A DNA stretch of 61,042 nucleotides, filler included, from Candidatus Lindowbacteria bacterium RIFCSPLOWO2_12_FULL_62_27 (lineage in GTDB: Bacteria > Lindowbacteria > 2-12-FULL-62-27): NCBI GenBank assembly GCA_001784175.1. It is 2 parts of 2 records of this genome, joined end to end, with 100 filler letters (N's around TTAATTAATTAA, not from the genome) between each part and the next. Parts side by side here need not be neighbours in the genome. Positions count along the whole stretch, not along the records: positions 1 to 31,919 come from MFPR01000016.1; 1 more part is not named here. One strand, given 5' to 3'. Below the pieces are notes generated by a model. That model searched no databases, was not told where the DNA came from, and worked only from the letters and a program-made list of their open reading frames with translations. Of the stretch, positions 21,444-31,151 are shown piece after piece (within the stretch, counting starts at the first letter, position 1; each line of letters starts with the position of its first letter). The translations under genes were made by a program, and so were the position numbers.

Positions 21444-22027
21444 TGGCGGCGGTCCGTGTCAGGCGCTGTCCGCGATGTGCCGTGAAACTGGGAGTCGACA
21501 AGCTGGTTTGCAGGGTATGTGGCTATCATCTGGCGCCCTTTCTCAATATCAAGTCAGACACGAAGCAGTGCTCCATGTGTAGGAAAATCAAGGCCGTTGC
21601 GTCATTCAATCTGGATAAAAAGTGCATAGATGGATATGACATTGTTTGTACTGTGTGCCGTCAAGCCAAAATTGATTCATTGAAGGCTTTGTCAGACGCG
21701 ATCGCGTTGATACGGGAAACTCCCGGCGCACTGAACGATCGGCAAGTTTTTGTATTGGCCAAAGAAGCGCATCGGCTCAACCCTTCCGACACGCAGACGG
21801 CCGAAACGTTCGAGAAATACAGAGAGGTCATGCAGCAGCATGAGAGGAAGGCCGCCGCCAGTTCGAAGATGTCAAAGGCATCGCGGGAGACCAGAAAGAA
21901 ACTCAGACAAAAAAAACTTGCCGCCAAAAAATTCCGCATGTCGAAAAAGAAATTCAGCGTCTCAGAACTGTACTGGGGCGGAGCATCGCTTCGAACTATC
22001 AGCTCGAACAGATATTGGCGCGGTTGA
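21443..22027 (+). CDS. Cys-rich (zinc-finger) basic protein
   Basis: ATG overlaps the helicase stop (TGATG); CPRC, CRVC, CSMC, CTVC pairs; Lys-rich tail. Confidence 0.6.
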   Translation: MAAVRVRRCPRCAVKLGVDKLVCRVCGYHLAPFLNIKSDTKQCSMCRKIKAVASFNLDKKCIDGYDIVCTVCRQAKIDSLKALSDAIALIRETPGALNDRQVFVLAKEAHRLNPSDTQTAETFEKYREVMQQHERKAAASSKMSKASRETRKKLRQKKLAAKKFRMSKKKFSVSELYWGGASLRTISSNRYWRG

Positions 22028-22077
22028 GTGTGACCTATAATCTACATATGGGGATGATCGGAAAGGGGTATTGACGC

Positions 22078-22656
22078 TTGTTTCCTGACCCGGCGGAAAA
22101 AAGAGTTCGATTAGATGTCACGATTGAAAGATCCAGCCTCAAACTTCTGAGTGGAGAACCGATTCCGGTTGTCAGGGACGGCACACTTGGCCAATTGACC
22201 ATTCCAGCGTCTGCGATAACAGATGACGCACAACGGCGCCGGTTTACAATGACCCGATATGAGGGAATGCTTGGTCAAGGGACAACAGTGTTGGTCGAAA
22301 TACAAACGAACAAGGGAATTCCGGACCGGCTTGCGGCCGGCGCAATTGTTCGGGATGACGGAGATCGTCGGTTAAGGCCGACAACCCGATATGTGAAAGT
22401 ACGGATAGAAGAACCATTGCGTTTAGAAATCATCGGTGAGAATTTGGGCCGGCTGCTGGACTGCAAGTGCAAGATCGAGAGTTTGAACCAGGAAGCCGAT
22501 AGCGTCAATCATGCCTATACGCTCATCTCGACCGCATTCGAACCAGAACGGAAAAGTCATACCGGCAACGTATTTTCCAAAGTTTTCGTACAGCGGCATG
22601 ACAAGAAGTGGGTGACGTTGGATGCATTGAGGCAAACCATCCTATGTGGGGTTTGA
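22078..22656 (+). CDS. Hypothetical protein
   Basis: 192-aa ORF with ordinary protein composition; no motif recognised. Confidence 0.55.
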   Translation: MFPDPAEKRVRLDVTIERSSLKLLSGEPIPVVRDGTLGQLTIPASAITDDAQRRRFTMTRYEGMLGQGTTVLVEIQTNKGIPDRLAAGAIVRDDGDRRLRPTTRYVKVRIEEPLRLEIIGENLGRLLDCKCKIESLNQEADSVNHAYTLISTAFEPERKSHTGNVFSKVFVQRHDKKWVTLDALRQTILCGV

Positions 22657-22681
22657 TTCACTATAAAAATACATTGGCGAG

Positions 22682-22718
22682 GTTCGCTTTCACCGGCATC
22701 GTTCGTTTACCGAAATAG
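22682..22718 (+). repeat. 37-bp imperfect direct repeat, copy 1 (candidate ECF promoter)
   Basis: GTTCGCTTTCACCGGCATCGTTCGTTTACCGAAATAG; 31/37 identical to 24551-24587; ends 32 nt before the nuclease ATG. Confidence 0.7.
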
Positions 22719-22750
22719 CGGGGCCAATTCGGAGGTGGAGGAAATCCATC

Positions 22751-24541
22751 ATGTTTGACGAGGCACTTTGGGCCGGCGCGCATGCGACGCGGAATTTTGT
22801 CCTGAACGATCCTGTCCTGGACTGGCTAAACCTTTACGGCGAGCAAAAAGGATTTATCAGGGATACCGGGCTGCCGGGGTACGATCCGCGTACGGACATG
22901 TCCGCGTTTCTGTTCAAGAAAGGCATTGAATTCGAACAGGCTGTGATTGGGCACCTTAAAACGCGGGCGGCTGTGGTCACCATTGCGGTTGAGCCGGGGC
23001 AAATACGTGATCCGCAGATGGCCGAACAGACAGTGGATGCCATGGCGCGGGGCGCTCCGATTATCTACAAGGGGGTGCTGCATGACGATCGGCATCAAAC
23101 GTATGGCAGTCCGGACCTGATGGTGAGAAGTAATATTTTACATGAGTTGTTTCCCGCCGCGTTGTCAGCGGGAGACGCCGCCGTTTCCGCGCCGGCGGTG
23201 AAGGGCGGGTCATTTCATTACAGAATTGTCGATATCAAGTTCACGACTCTTGATCTGCTGGTCAGCGGCGAACTCGGCAACTCCGATTCCGGACCCGCTT
23301 ATAAGGCTCAACTGTTCATCTACAATCGCGCCCTGGCGCAGATTCAGGGGTACCTCCCGCCTGTCTCCTATCTCCTGGGCCGGGGCTGGAAGCAGACCAT
23401 CAAGGGTGAGACTCGCAGGGGAGTCAACGCGATGGAACTGCTTGCGCCCGTTTCGCAGACCGGCATGGTCAGCAGGGAAAAAACAATTGCCGCCGTCGTC
23501 GACGCCGCTTGCGATTGGGTCCGGCGGGTCCGATCGGACGGCATGAACTGGACTGTCTGCCCTCATCCGTCCGTGCCGGAACTACGACCCAATATGGGAA
23601 ATAAAGAGGACGCGCCATGGGCTGAGGCGAAGAAGGCTATCGTCGATGAGCTGGATGACCTGACGGTTCTATGGCAGGTGGGAGCGGGAAAACGCGACGC
23701 GGCCTGCCGACAGGGGATTCGTTCCTGGAGAGACAAGAGATGCACAGCCGAGGCCGTCGGCATCACCGGCGCCAAGCAGCAGCCGATCTTGCAGGCCATT
23801 CTCGATATCAACCAGAGAGAGGACGGCCCGACGCTCTCACCCGATCGTGTCACCGCCTGCCGCGAAATATGGGGCCCGGATCCCCCGCTGGAATTTTTCG
23901 TCGATTTCGAAACGGTCACCGACCTGAACGACGATTTCTCCGATTTCCCCCGCCGCGGCGGCCAGCCCATGATTTTCATGATCGGGTGCGGCCATATGGA
24001 AAACGATGCATGGACATTCAAATGTTTTACCGCAACTTCGCTGACGCCGTCGGCCGAAGCCGTCATCATCGACGACTGGATCGACCACATGGGGCAAATC
24101 CGTTTGAAGACCGGCAACGGCATTGAACGACCGGTGGTTTACCATTGGTCTCACGCCGAAACCACAAATCTCTCTACCGCCTATAACGCCTCAGTCCAGC
24201 GCCATCCGGACAAGGCCGGCAAATGGTCCTCCCCACACTGGTTTGATTTTCTCAAAGAGGTCATGAGAGCGGAGCCGGTCGTGGTCCGGGGCGCGCTGGG
24301 GTTCGGCCTGAAAATGATCGCCCGCGCCATGCACCGGCACGGACTGATACAAACCCTCTGGGGGGAAGGCTCCATGGACGGCCTGGGCGCCATGGTCGGC
24401 GCCTGGTGGTGTTGCGAAGAGGCTGCGAAAAATGGGCTCCGGTCATGCGATATCAGCCTGATGAAAGAGATCGAGCATTACAACGAAATCGACTGCAGAG
24501 TCATGATGGAAATCGTCCACCACTTGAGAAAGAATCACTGA
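22751..24541 (+). CDS. TM0106-like RecB-family nuclease with C-terminal RNase H-like domain
   Basis: GSPDL...IVDIKF (PD-(D/E)XK), QLFIY, FFVDFET, FDFL, GFGLK, YNEIDC. Confidence 0.8.
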   Translation: MFDEALWAGAHATRNFVLNDPVLDWLNLYGEQKGFIRDTGLPGYDPRTDMSAFLFKKGIEFEQAVIGHLKTRAAVVTIAVEPGQIRDPQMAEQTVDAMARGAPIIYKGVLHDDRHQTYGSPDLMVRSNILHELFPAALSAGDAAVSAPAVKGGSFHYRIVDIKFTTLDLLVSGELGNSDSGPAYKAQLFIYNRALAQIQGYLPPVSYLLGRGWKQTIKGETRRGVNAMELLAPVSQTGMVSREKTIAAVVDAACDWVRRVRSDGMNWTVCPHPSVPELRPNMGNKEDAPWAEAKKAIVDELDDLTVLWQVGAGKRDAACRQGIRSWRDKRCTAEAVGITGAKQQPILQAILDINQREDGPTLSPDRVTACREIWGPDPPLEFFVDFETVTDLNDDFSDFPRRGGQPMIFMIGCGHMENDAWTFKCFTATSLTPSAEAVIIDDWIDHMGQIRLKTGNGIERPVVYHWSHAETTNLSTAYNASVQRHPDKAGKWSSPHWFDFLKEVMRAEPVVVRGALGFGLKMIARAMHRHGLIQTLWGEGSMDGLGAMVGAWWCCEEAAKNGLRSCDISLMKEIEHYNEIDCRVMMEIVHHLRKNH

Positions 24542-24550
24542 TTCCTTCCT

Positions 24551-24587
24551 GTTCGCTTTCGCGGGCATTTCTCGTTTACTGAAATAG
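24551..24587 (+). repeat. 37-bp imperfect direct repeat, copy 2 (candidate ECF promoter)
   Basis: GTTCGCTTTCGCGGGCATTTCTCGTTTACTGAAATAG; starts about 10 nt after the nuclease stop and ends about 40 nt before the next start. Confidence 0.7.
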
Positions 24588-24627
24588 AAAGACACAAAAG
24601 CAGATCCGAGTCCTCAGGGAGGCGGTC

Positions 24628-24879
24628 GTGATGGGCTGGAGATGGAGCAAGATCAAAAATTTCGGGCCGTTCCGGGTGATATTCAGCCGAGGCGGGGTTG
24701 GAGGCAGTTTCGGGATTCCCGGGTGCCGGGTGGGGGTGTCTGCGTCAGGACGGCGGTATCTATCGCTTGGGATTCCGGGGACCGGATTGTATTGGACGCA
24801 TTATTTTGGGAAAGATCCGGGCGAGACAGGGACGGCGGATTCGCCGACAGATCTGGAGCACCGGGATGGATCCGTTTAA
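24628..24879 (+). CDS. DUF4236 domain protein
   Basis: MGWRWSKIKNFGPFRVIFSRGGVGGSFG...GIPGTGLYW matches the DUF4236 pattern; GGGAGG RBS. Confidence 0.75.
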   Translation: MMGWRWSKIKNFGPFRVIFSRGGVGGSFGIPGCRVGVSASGRRYLSLGIPGTGLYWTHYFGKDPGETGTADSPTDLEHRDGSV

Positions 24880-25141
24880 GCTTGCGTATATTCTGATCGA
24901 GACGTTTCTATTCTGTTTGACTTTCTATTACGCCACGATGATACGCAACCTGTTCCAATCGGCGGCGGTATTTTGCGTTTTCAACGCCGTGACATGGATT
25001 GTCGGATTCGTCATGTTGATTTTGAAAAATCCCGGGACGGTGAATGGAATGATTTTGGCCAAGATGCAGTTATGTCTCATTGCCGCAGCCGGATTTCTAC
25101 TTGGGGCGTATGAGTGCATCAAGCGTGGCAAGGAGTCCTGA
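24866..25141 (+). CDS. Small membrane protein
   Basis: Three hydrophobic segments from MDPFKLAY; overlaps the upstream stop. Confidence 0.55.
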   Translation: MDPFKLAYILIETFLFCLTFYYATMIRNLFQSAAVFCVFNAVTWIVGFVMLILKNPGTVNGMILAKMQLCLIAAAGFLLGAYECIKRGKES

Positions 25142-25142
25142 C

Positions 25143-25547
25143 ATGAGCCGACGGTTGGCCGGGAGGATGAGCATGAAGGGCGACGAGATGAGCGGGGAAG
25201 CGCAGTTCTATACGGTATTCTTCCTCATCGCCGGCGCCATCGCTTTTGTCGGCACGCCTTTTTTGATCGGGAGTGATTACATCGAGAGTGACGAAGCAAA
25301 GGCGATGATTGCGCTCTTTTACACCTTCAGTGTCATCGGCATTGGCGGATGCCTGCTCCTGGGACTTGGGATACACGTTTTGCAGTCAAAACTGCCGATC
25401 TCTTCAGCAATTCTGGCATTTTTGATCAAAGCGGCCGTGGCGGTAGTCGTCGTTGCGATTGCATTGTGCTGGTTTTTTGCGATTATTCCCCTGTTTGCGT
25501 TTGTCGCGGGCGGTATAGCGGGCGTGAAAAAGGCCAATCGCCGGTGA
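25143..25547 (+). CDS. Small membrane protein
   Basis: Three to four hydrophobic segments; start uncertain (25143 or 25188). Confidence 0.55.
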   Translation: MSRRLAGRMSMKGDEMSGEAQFYTVFFLIAGAIAFVGTPFLIGSDYIESDEAKAMIALFYTFSVIGIGGCLLLGLGIHVLQSKLPISSAILAFLIKAAVAVVVVAIALCWFFAIIPLFAFVAGGIAGVKKANRR

Positions 25548-25572
25548 TAAAATCGATTCTGGAGGTGGCGTC

Positions 25573-25698
25573 ATGAAAGGTTACTGCGGCGAATGCAAGA
25601 AAGAGGTGCGGATCCGGTACGAAGAGGATGACGAGGGAAACATCACCTATCACTGCGTCGAATGCAACTGCGAGATCGACCGGCTGACCGGGAGATGA
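25573..25698 (+). CDS. 41-aa zinc-ribbon microprotein (not in ORF track)
   Basis: GGAGGT RBS; MKGYCGECKKEVRIRYEEDDEGNITYHCVECNCEIDRLTGR with two CxxC. Confidence 0.6.
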   Translation: MKGYCGECKKEVRIRYEEDDEGNITYHCVECNCEIDRLTGR

Positions 25699-25764
25699 GA
25701 ACTGTGGTCATGGAATCCATATTGCCTGCACGTCAATCCGTAGGTTATCCTTAGCTCATCGACC

Positions 25765-26301
25765 ATGTTGAAGACCATATCCGAAGAGACCGAAATTCAG
25801 CACTGCCAAAAACGCTTTGTCGAAGCCCTCAAGGGGCAGTCTTCGGATCGCCTGCCGGTCAACGTCGGACATCTCGGCGCCAGTTATGACATGGAGGCAA
25901 CCTACATCGAAAAACAAGCATTATGGTTTGTCTCAAAAAGAATAGAAAACAGCCGATACTGGAACGGATTCGGAATCGGTTATCCGGAACGAAAGACTTC
26001 CTTGTCCATCACATGCGAGATCAATTTCCCGCTGAATGGTATCAACCGCCGGGTTGCGGGTGCGTTCGCAACTGACCAAAAGGGCGAGCGTTATGTGATT
26101 CATCGCGGCAACATTGGCGGCGGACGCAAAGGCATCAGCAAAACCCTGTTCAAAAACTGCTACAAGGGTGAATGGATCGAATTGGACGATGGCGAAATCA
26201 CCTCGTCCGTCGCCCTGATAGGTGCGCTGGGATCGGATGACCTGCCCACGCGTGTCGGACGGTTCGTGCATGAAATCGATGAAATCAAAAAACGGCGATG
26301 A
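25765..26301 (+). CDS. Hypothetical protein
   Basis: 178-aa ORF; no family recognised. Confidence 0.6.
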   Translation: MLKTISEETEIQHCQKRFVEALKGQSSDRLPVNVGHLGASYDMEATYIEKQALWFVSKRIENSRYWNGFGIGYPERKTSLSITCEINFPLNGINRRVAGAFATDQKGERYVIHRGNIGGGRKGISKTLFKNCYKGEWIELDDGEITSSVALIGALGSDDLPTRVGRFVHEIDEIKKRR

Positions 26302-26324
26302 TTTCGTAACGTCTGTTTGACTTT

Positions 26325-29300
26325 TCAGGTTAATCTTAAGAGGAGATCCACAATCGCCGGTTCGCTATTGAATACGTCTCTCGCGCTCACTCGCACAACT
26401 TTGTATCCGGTCGCCTCGATTCGTTTGTCCCGGACGTTGTCGGACCGGATCTGTTCCGGGCTGTTGTGCTGTTTGCCGTCGACTTCGAGGTCGTAACGGG
26501 TTCCGAAGGGGGAGACGACGAGGAAATCGAGTTCGTCGCGGCCTTCTTTGAAGTGATGGTGAAACCAGAGTCCGGCCTTGCGAAGAAGCTCTGCCATGCG
26601 GGATTCGGAGGTTTCGCGGATGTCTGCCTCTGAGTGTCCGGCAACGTGGCCGGAAGACACGTAATCTGCGAATTCACCGATATACCCGCCCGCGTTTTTG
26701 CAGGCTTCCAGATTGCCGATGACATGAAGGGCGGCGCGGGCGCGGGTGACGGCGACATTGAGGAGCTGATCGGTTTTGGCGACCCAGCCGGCGGTCTTTT
26801 CACGGATGCCGTCGGAAATGACGGGGGAAAAAATCATGAGGTCGCACTCATCGCCCTGAAACTGGTGCGCGGTGCCGACAGTCAGCCGGCCTTTCACCTC
26901 TTCCCACCACGGTTGTTTTTGAACGGCTTCGCCCAGCTTTTCCATCTGGGCGCGAAACGGAGTGACGATGCCGAATGTCAGATCGCGGTTGGCCAAGAGT
27001 CCGGCTCCGTGCCAGAGATTCAAAAGATGGATTGCCGCCTCGATCTCGTCTTTGTTCCATGCGCCGCGTGATGTTTCCGGCACACGGCCTTTCACGTCGT
27101 GCCAGAACACACCCAGTTTCTGACCATCCACCTTTTTTTCCAGAGCAGAGACAGCGGTTCGGAGAACAAGCCGGCCCTGATAGAAGACCCGGTTGGAGAA
27201 TTCGATGACGTCGGGATGAGAGCGGTAGTGTTCCGCGAGAAAAATCGGGGGATTGTCGCGCCCAACCACCGCGGCCGCAGCGACATCATACAGAGAACAG
27301 CGGACAAACGACCAGTCCGTCAGAAGATCTTCCGCGCCCTGTTGGTGCGCCAGGTACTCTTCCCGCTGATAGCGGATCGCGCTGATATGGCGAAGCTGGT
27401 TGGGATCGCCGATGATGAGCGCGCGTTTGGCGCGAAAGAGAAGCGGGATTGCGGACGGAATATCGCACTGGCTGGCCTCGTCAATGATGACCAGATCAAA
27501 CAGGGCAGGCTCAAGCGGCATGGACCTCCGAACCGATAGATTCGTGACAATCCAGACGGGCAGAAACGGGCCGAGAGATTTGATCGTTCTGCTGAAGTCC
27601 TCCATCAGCCGCCTCGCCTGCGGGCTGTTGCCGCTTCTCGGCCGGCTGGATAGATCGAAAAACCGGCGGGCGCACTGATGGGCGACATCCCATTTGGCCC
27701 GGATCCTGCCGGTCCACTCCATCCTCAGAAAATCCCGGGACCGCGTTGATTTTTCGTGCTTCAGTTTTTGCCATTTCTGGAGAAGGCTATTCGCGGTGGG
27801 CAAAGATCCAAGTTTTTTCAGCATTAGCCGATATGTGTTCCGGGCGTTCACCCAGGATGCGTAATCGCTGAGTTTCTGAAACGCATCCGCCAGCGTGGAA
27901 AATGTCACGTCCGCTCGAACGTCGCGTAGAATCGCATCCTGAACCGCGGCGGGTAACGGGCGCGCGCATTCAGTCAGACGTTCTGTCAGCTCTCGAAGGA
28001 GGCGTTTTCTTGCGAATAGCCGCCGAATCCACAGGATAAATCCCATCAGGCCGCGGCCGGCCAGAGCGCGGGATTCGGTGACACCACGGCGTAAAGGTTC
28101 TTCCGGAATAGCCGGAAGATTTGAAAGGTCGGTCGAATCAGTCCATTCAGGAGGAACCGTTTCGGCGGCTTTGGACATTTTTTCCACGGCCGCTTGAACC
28201 TGCTCACGCATCTCACCCAACTGTTTCATTTCCTGTCGCACGGTCTGCAGTTTCTCGTCAATGCCCTTGAGTACGGCCGTGGCGTCCAGGTCGGACGTGA
28301 CATTCGGACGAGTGCCGATACTGGACAGCCGCCGGAGCATGTCTGCGGAAGTTTCCTCCATTTTGGCTTTGCTTCCCAACCGCAGTGTCCAGTCATCCTC
28401 TTCGAGGATCGCGTTCAGGCGCTCGTGGACCACGTCGACGGCCTTGTTGTTCTTGCTCGCAAACAGAACCGCTTTGCCCGCGGCGGCACAGCTCGCGAGA
28501 AGATTCACAACGACCTGGGACTTGCCGGTGCCCGGCGGGCCGGTGACGACAGTGATCGGTTTCGTGAGACCCGCCAAGGCCGCCAGTTCCTGTTGGTCAT
28601 TCAGGGGCAGAACTTCCAGAACGGGGACGGACGACTCCGTCATGGGGGGCGCCGCATGTGATTGACCCGGGGCCAGAATCGGCGCAAGCGCGGTGCCCAT
28701 CACATTCTTGAGGAGGTCATCCCGGCCGAGGAGTTCATCCATTTCTTTTTTGAGATTGTACGTGAACAAGTTTCGCTCACTGCGGAACAGGATCGGCTTG
28801 TTGACCCATCGCGATTCCACCGCGCCTCCATCGGGCAGAGGCTCCAGACGGTCATGCCGGAATGGCTGAGGGTCGACCCGCAAATGATCGAGCGCCGCGC
28901 GAAGCCGCGCCTCGAACGATCCGAAGAGGCCTTCGAGTTCGGAGAGAATAGCCGGCAGTTGTTCCGACAGATGACCGTGGGATAGAAGGACATGATGGTT
29001 GACCATCACAGCGTTGGGATCCACCGGCCGCATCGTGCAGGCGCCGCCGGAACCGACCACAAGTTCCACTTCAAGCATGAACAGCGGCGTCACAAAATCC
29101 CGGGCATCGAGGAAAATGGGATAGCCGTAGAAAAATCTCTCGGCAGGTCCCGCGCGCGCGGCCCCGCGCGTGACAAATGAGAGTTCGCCGGTGTCCACCT
29201 GAAATCGGACTTCGGGCGAGCCCGGATGCAACAAGGGTTCGGACCTTTTCCATGGAGAGATGAACGACTGGCCGTACTGCGCCCGCTCGAGCTTGAGGGC

Positions 29301-30506
29301 ATGCTTGTCCTCCTCTTCGATACAGGACTGATAAAATCGGAGCAGTCGTGCGAAGTCGGACTCGCCGCAGTCACGCCGGCCTGTCGGCTCTGCTGATTCA
29401 ACCCTTTGACGGGGGCGCCCGCCTGCTCCTGAATCAGCGACCCGTTCCAAGTCGGATTTCAACTCTTTCATGTTGCGGTATCGATCGGCCGGGTTTTTCT
29501 TGAGACAGGATTGAACGAGTTCCGCCAGCGGTGGCGGGACGTCCGGGCTGAAAGAGCGCAGATCCGGCGCCGGGGTTTCGAGAATGGAGTGGTACAGCCT
29601 GTCCAACGTTTCCTCTTCAAAAGGAACTCTCAATGCGAGGAGTTCATAGAGGACGACTCCAAGGGCGTAAACATCCGTCTGCTCGCCTATTTCTTTTTTG
29701 CGAATCATCTCAGGGCTGATGTAATACGGCGTACCAAGGACTTCGCTTGTCCGGGTGCGGACGGAACTTTCCGCCAGTTTGCTGATTCCGAAGTCCATGA
29801 GTTTGATCATGCCGTGCGTATCGTAGAGGATGTTTTGAGGCTTAACGTCACGGTGAATGACCCGCGCGCGGTGGGCGGCATCGAGGCCATCGCAGGCCTG
29901 TCGGGCGATATTGACGACGGCGTTGATGTAGTCGGCGTCCAGGATGGTGCGGACGCGGTTTTTAGGCGGCAAGTCGGCCATTCGGCCTGTCGCGACGTCG
30001 AATACATCGGAAGCGCGGGAAAATCTATTCTCCTTGATGTGTCGGACAACCTTGTCCAGCGTCAGGCCTTCGAGATATTGCATGACGTAGTAATAGAATT
30101 CGTCGGTTTCACCGTGAGAGTAGATGACCACGATGTTCGGATGTGTGAATTTGGCGAGTATCTTACTTTCTTGCTGAAATCGTTTGAGTACTTGCTCGTT
30201 GTCCATCTTCGGAATCACTTTGACCGCGACCTGCCGGTCAAGGGACGTGTCGTGGGCCAGATAGACTTTCCCCATGCCATGCCCCAGAAGACGGGTGATG
30301 TTCAGGTTCGGTATTTTTATGGAATCGGAGTCACCTGCTTTCCCGCCTCGCGCTTTTCGGAACATGTCTTCAACTTTTTGGTATTTCTTCACTTTCTCGA
30401 GGAAATGCGGATCCCCGTCATAGGGGGACTTTGAGAGGTCCGGCTCGCGCCCTTCCTGTATTTCGTCCAGGTATTTCAGGAAAAGATCTCCGGTATCAGC
30501 CTTCAT
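26325..30506 (-). CDS. Ser/Thr protein kinase fused to Upf1-like SF1 helicase (AAA_11/AAA_12 type) and Vsr/DUF559-like nuclease
   Basis: VAVK, HRDVKPQN, DFG, GTPYYISPE, DVYALG; GPPGTGKS, DEASQ, GDPNQL, HYRS, HQFQGDE, NVAVTRA; ELDFLV..LEVDGKQH...RD. Confidence 0.88.
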   Translation of the reverse strand: MKADTGDLFLKYLDEIQEGREPDLSKSPYDGDPHFLEKVKKYQKVEDMFRKARGGKAGDSDSIKIPNLNITRLLGHGMGKVYLAHDTSLDRQVAVKVIPKMDNEQVLKRFQQESKILAKFTHPNIVVIYSHGETDEFYYYVMQYLEGLTLDKVVRHIKENRFSRASDVFDVATGRMADLPPKNRVRTILDADYINAVVNIARQACDGLDAAHRARVIHRDVKPQNILYDTHGMIKLMDFGISKLAESSVRTRTSEVLGTPYYISPEMIRKKEIGEQTDVYALGVVLYELLALRVPFEEETLDRLYHSILETPAPDLRSFSPDVPPPLAELVQSCLKKNPADRYRNMKELKSDLERVADSGAGGRPRQRVESAEPTGRRDCGESDFARLLRFYQSCIEEEDKHALKLERAQYGQSFISPWKRSEPLLHPGSPEVRFQVDTGELSFVTRGAARAGPAERFFYGYPIFLDARDFVTPLFMLEVELVVGSGGACTMRPVDPNAVMVNHHVLLSHGHLSEQLPAILSELEGLFGSFEARLRAALDHLRVDPQPFRHDRLEPLPDGGAVESRWVNKPILFRSERNLFTYNLKKEMDELLGRDDLLKNVMGTALAPILAPGQSHAAPPMTESSVPVLEVLPLNDQQELAALAGLTKPITVVTGPPGTGKSQVVVNLLASCAAAGKAVLFASKNNKAVDVVHERLNAILEEDDWTLRLGSKAKMEETSADMLRRLSSIGTRPNVTSDLDATAVLKGIDEKLQTVRQEMKQLGEMREQVQAAVEKMSKAAETVPPEWTDSTDLSNLPAIPEEPLRRGVTESRALAGRGLMGFILWIRRLFARKRLLRELTERLTECARPLPAAVQDAILRDVRADVTFSTLADAFQKLSDYASWVNARNTYRLMLKKLGSLPTANSLLQKWQKLKHEKSTRSRDFLRMEWTGRIRAKWDVAHQCARRFFDLSSRPRSGNSPQARRLMEDFSRTIKSLGPFLPVWIVTNLSVRRSMPLEPALFDLVIIDEASQCDIPSAIPLLFRAKRALIIGDPNQLRHISAIRYQREEYLAHQQGAEDLLTDWSFVRCSLYDVAAAAVVGRDNPPIFLAEHYRSHPDVIEFSNRVFYQGRLVLRTAVSALEKKVDGQKLGVFWHDVKGRVPETSRGAWNKDEIEAAIHLLNLWHGAGLLANRDLTFGIVTPFRAQMEKLGEAVQKQPWWEEVKGRLTVGTAHQFQGDECDLMIFSPVISDGIREKTAGWVAKTDQLLNVAVTRARAALHVIGNLEACKNAGGYIGEFADYVSSGHVAGHSEADIRETSESRMAELLRKAGLWFHHHFKEGRDELDFLVVSPFGTRYDLEVDGKQHNSPEQIRSDNVRDKRIEATGYKVVRVSARDVFNSEPAIVDLLLRLT

Positions 30507-31116
30507 CCGGCACCAGCTTGGTCAGTTTTTCCATGATCCGATTGTGCCGCATCCGCATGCCGTCTTCCGTCTTGCCCCGTTTATGTGCCATCTCATTGAA
30601 GGAAAATCCGTAGATGTCACGCTCAATCACGATTTCGCGTTCCTCTTCGGTTAATTGGTCCAGAATAGATTCCAACAAAATCTGGTCGTCCCACTTCTTG
30701 TCCGGAGACGTCCGTTTCCCCTGATCCGCAGCTACGGCCAACCCGCCGCCGGTTGTATCCATGCGTATTTGCCGGCTGATCCGGCGCCGGTCAGCGTTGT
30801 GGTACTTGATTTGGTCGGCAATCTGGGTTTTGACGATGCTGTACAGCCAGGCAATGAATTCTCCTTCGCTTGGAAAGACTTTGGGCCGGCCATCGTTCTG
30901 TGCATTCTGTACCGACTTGAGAGCCTTCTCCATGGAATCCTGGACGATATCCATGGATTCCATTTTGCTCCGAAGTTTCTGACCCATGCGAATCCTGGCC
31001 AGGCGATGGATTTTCTCCTGATACTTCTCGAGAAGCGCGTGGATGGCGCCGATGTCACCGGCGCTCGCAGCGTGCAACAGGCGAAGTGTTTCGGAAAAGA
31101 GGCTTTTGGTGACCAT
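30496..31116 (-). CDS. ECF-type RNA polymerase sigma factor
   Basis: Region 2 (LLEKYQEKIHRLA..MDIVQD..FIAWLYSI) and region 4 (LTEEEREIVIERDIYGFSFNEMAHKRG); overlaps the kinase start. Confidence 0.85.
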   Translation of the reverse strand: MVTKSLFSETLRLLHAASAGDIGAIHALLEKYQEKIHRLARIRMGQKLRSKMESMDIVQDSMEKALKSVQNAQNDGRPKVFPSEGEFIAWLYSIVKTQIADQIKYHNADRRRISRQIRMDTTGGGLAVAADQGKRTSPDKKWDDQILLESILDQLTEEEREIVIERDIYGFSFNEMAHKRGKTEDGMRMRHNRIMEKLTKLVPDEG

Positions 31117-31151
31117 CGGATTGTCACGTTATCATGGGCTGGCCGGGGTCT

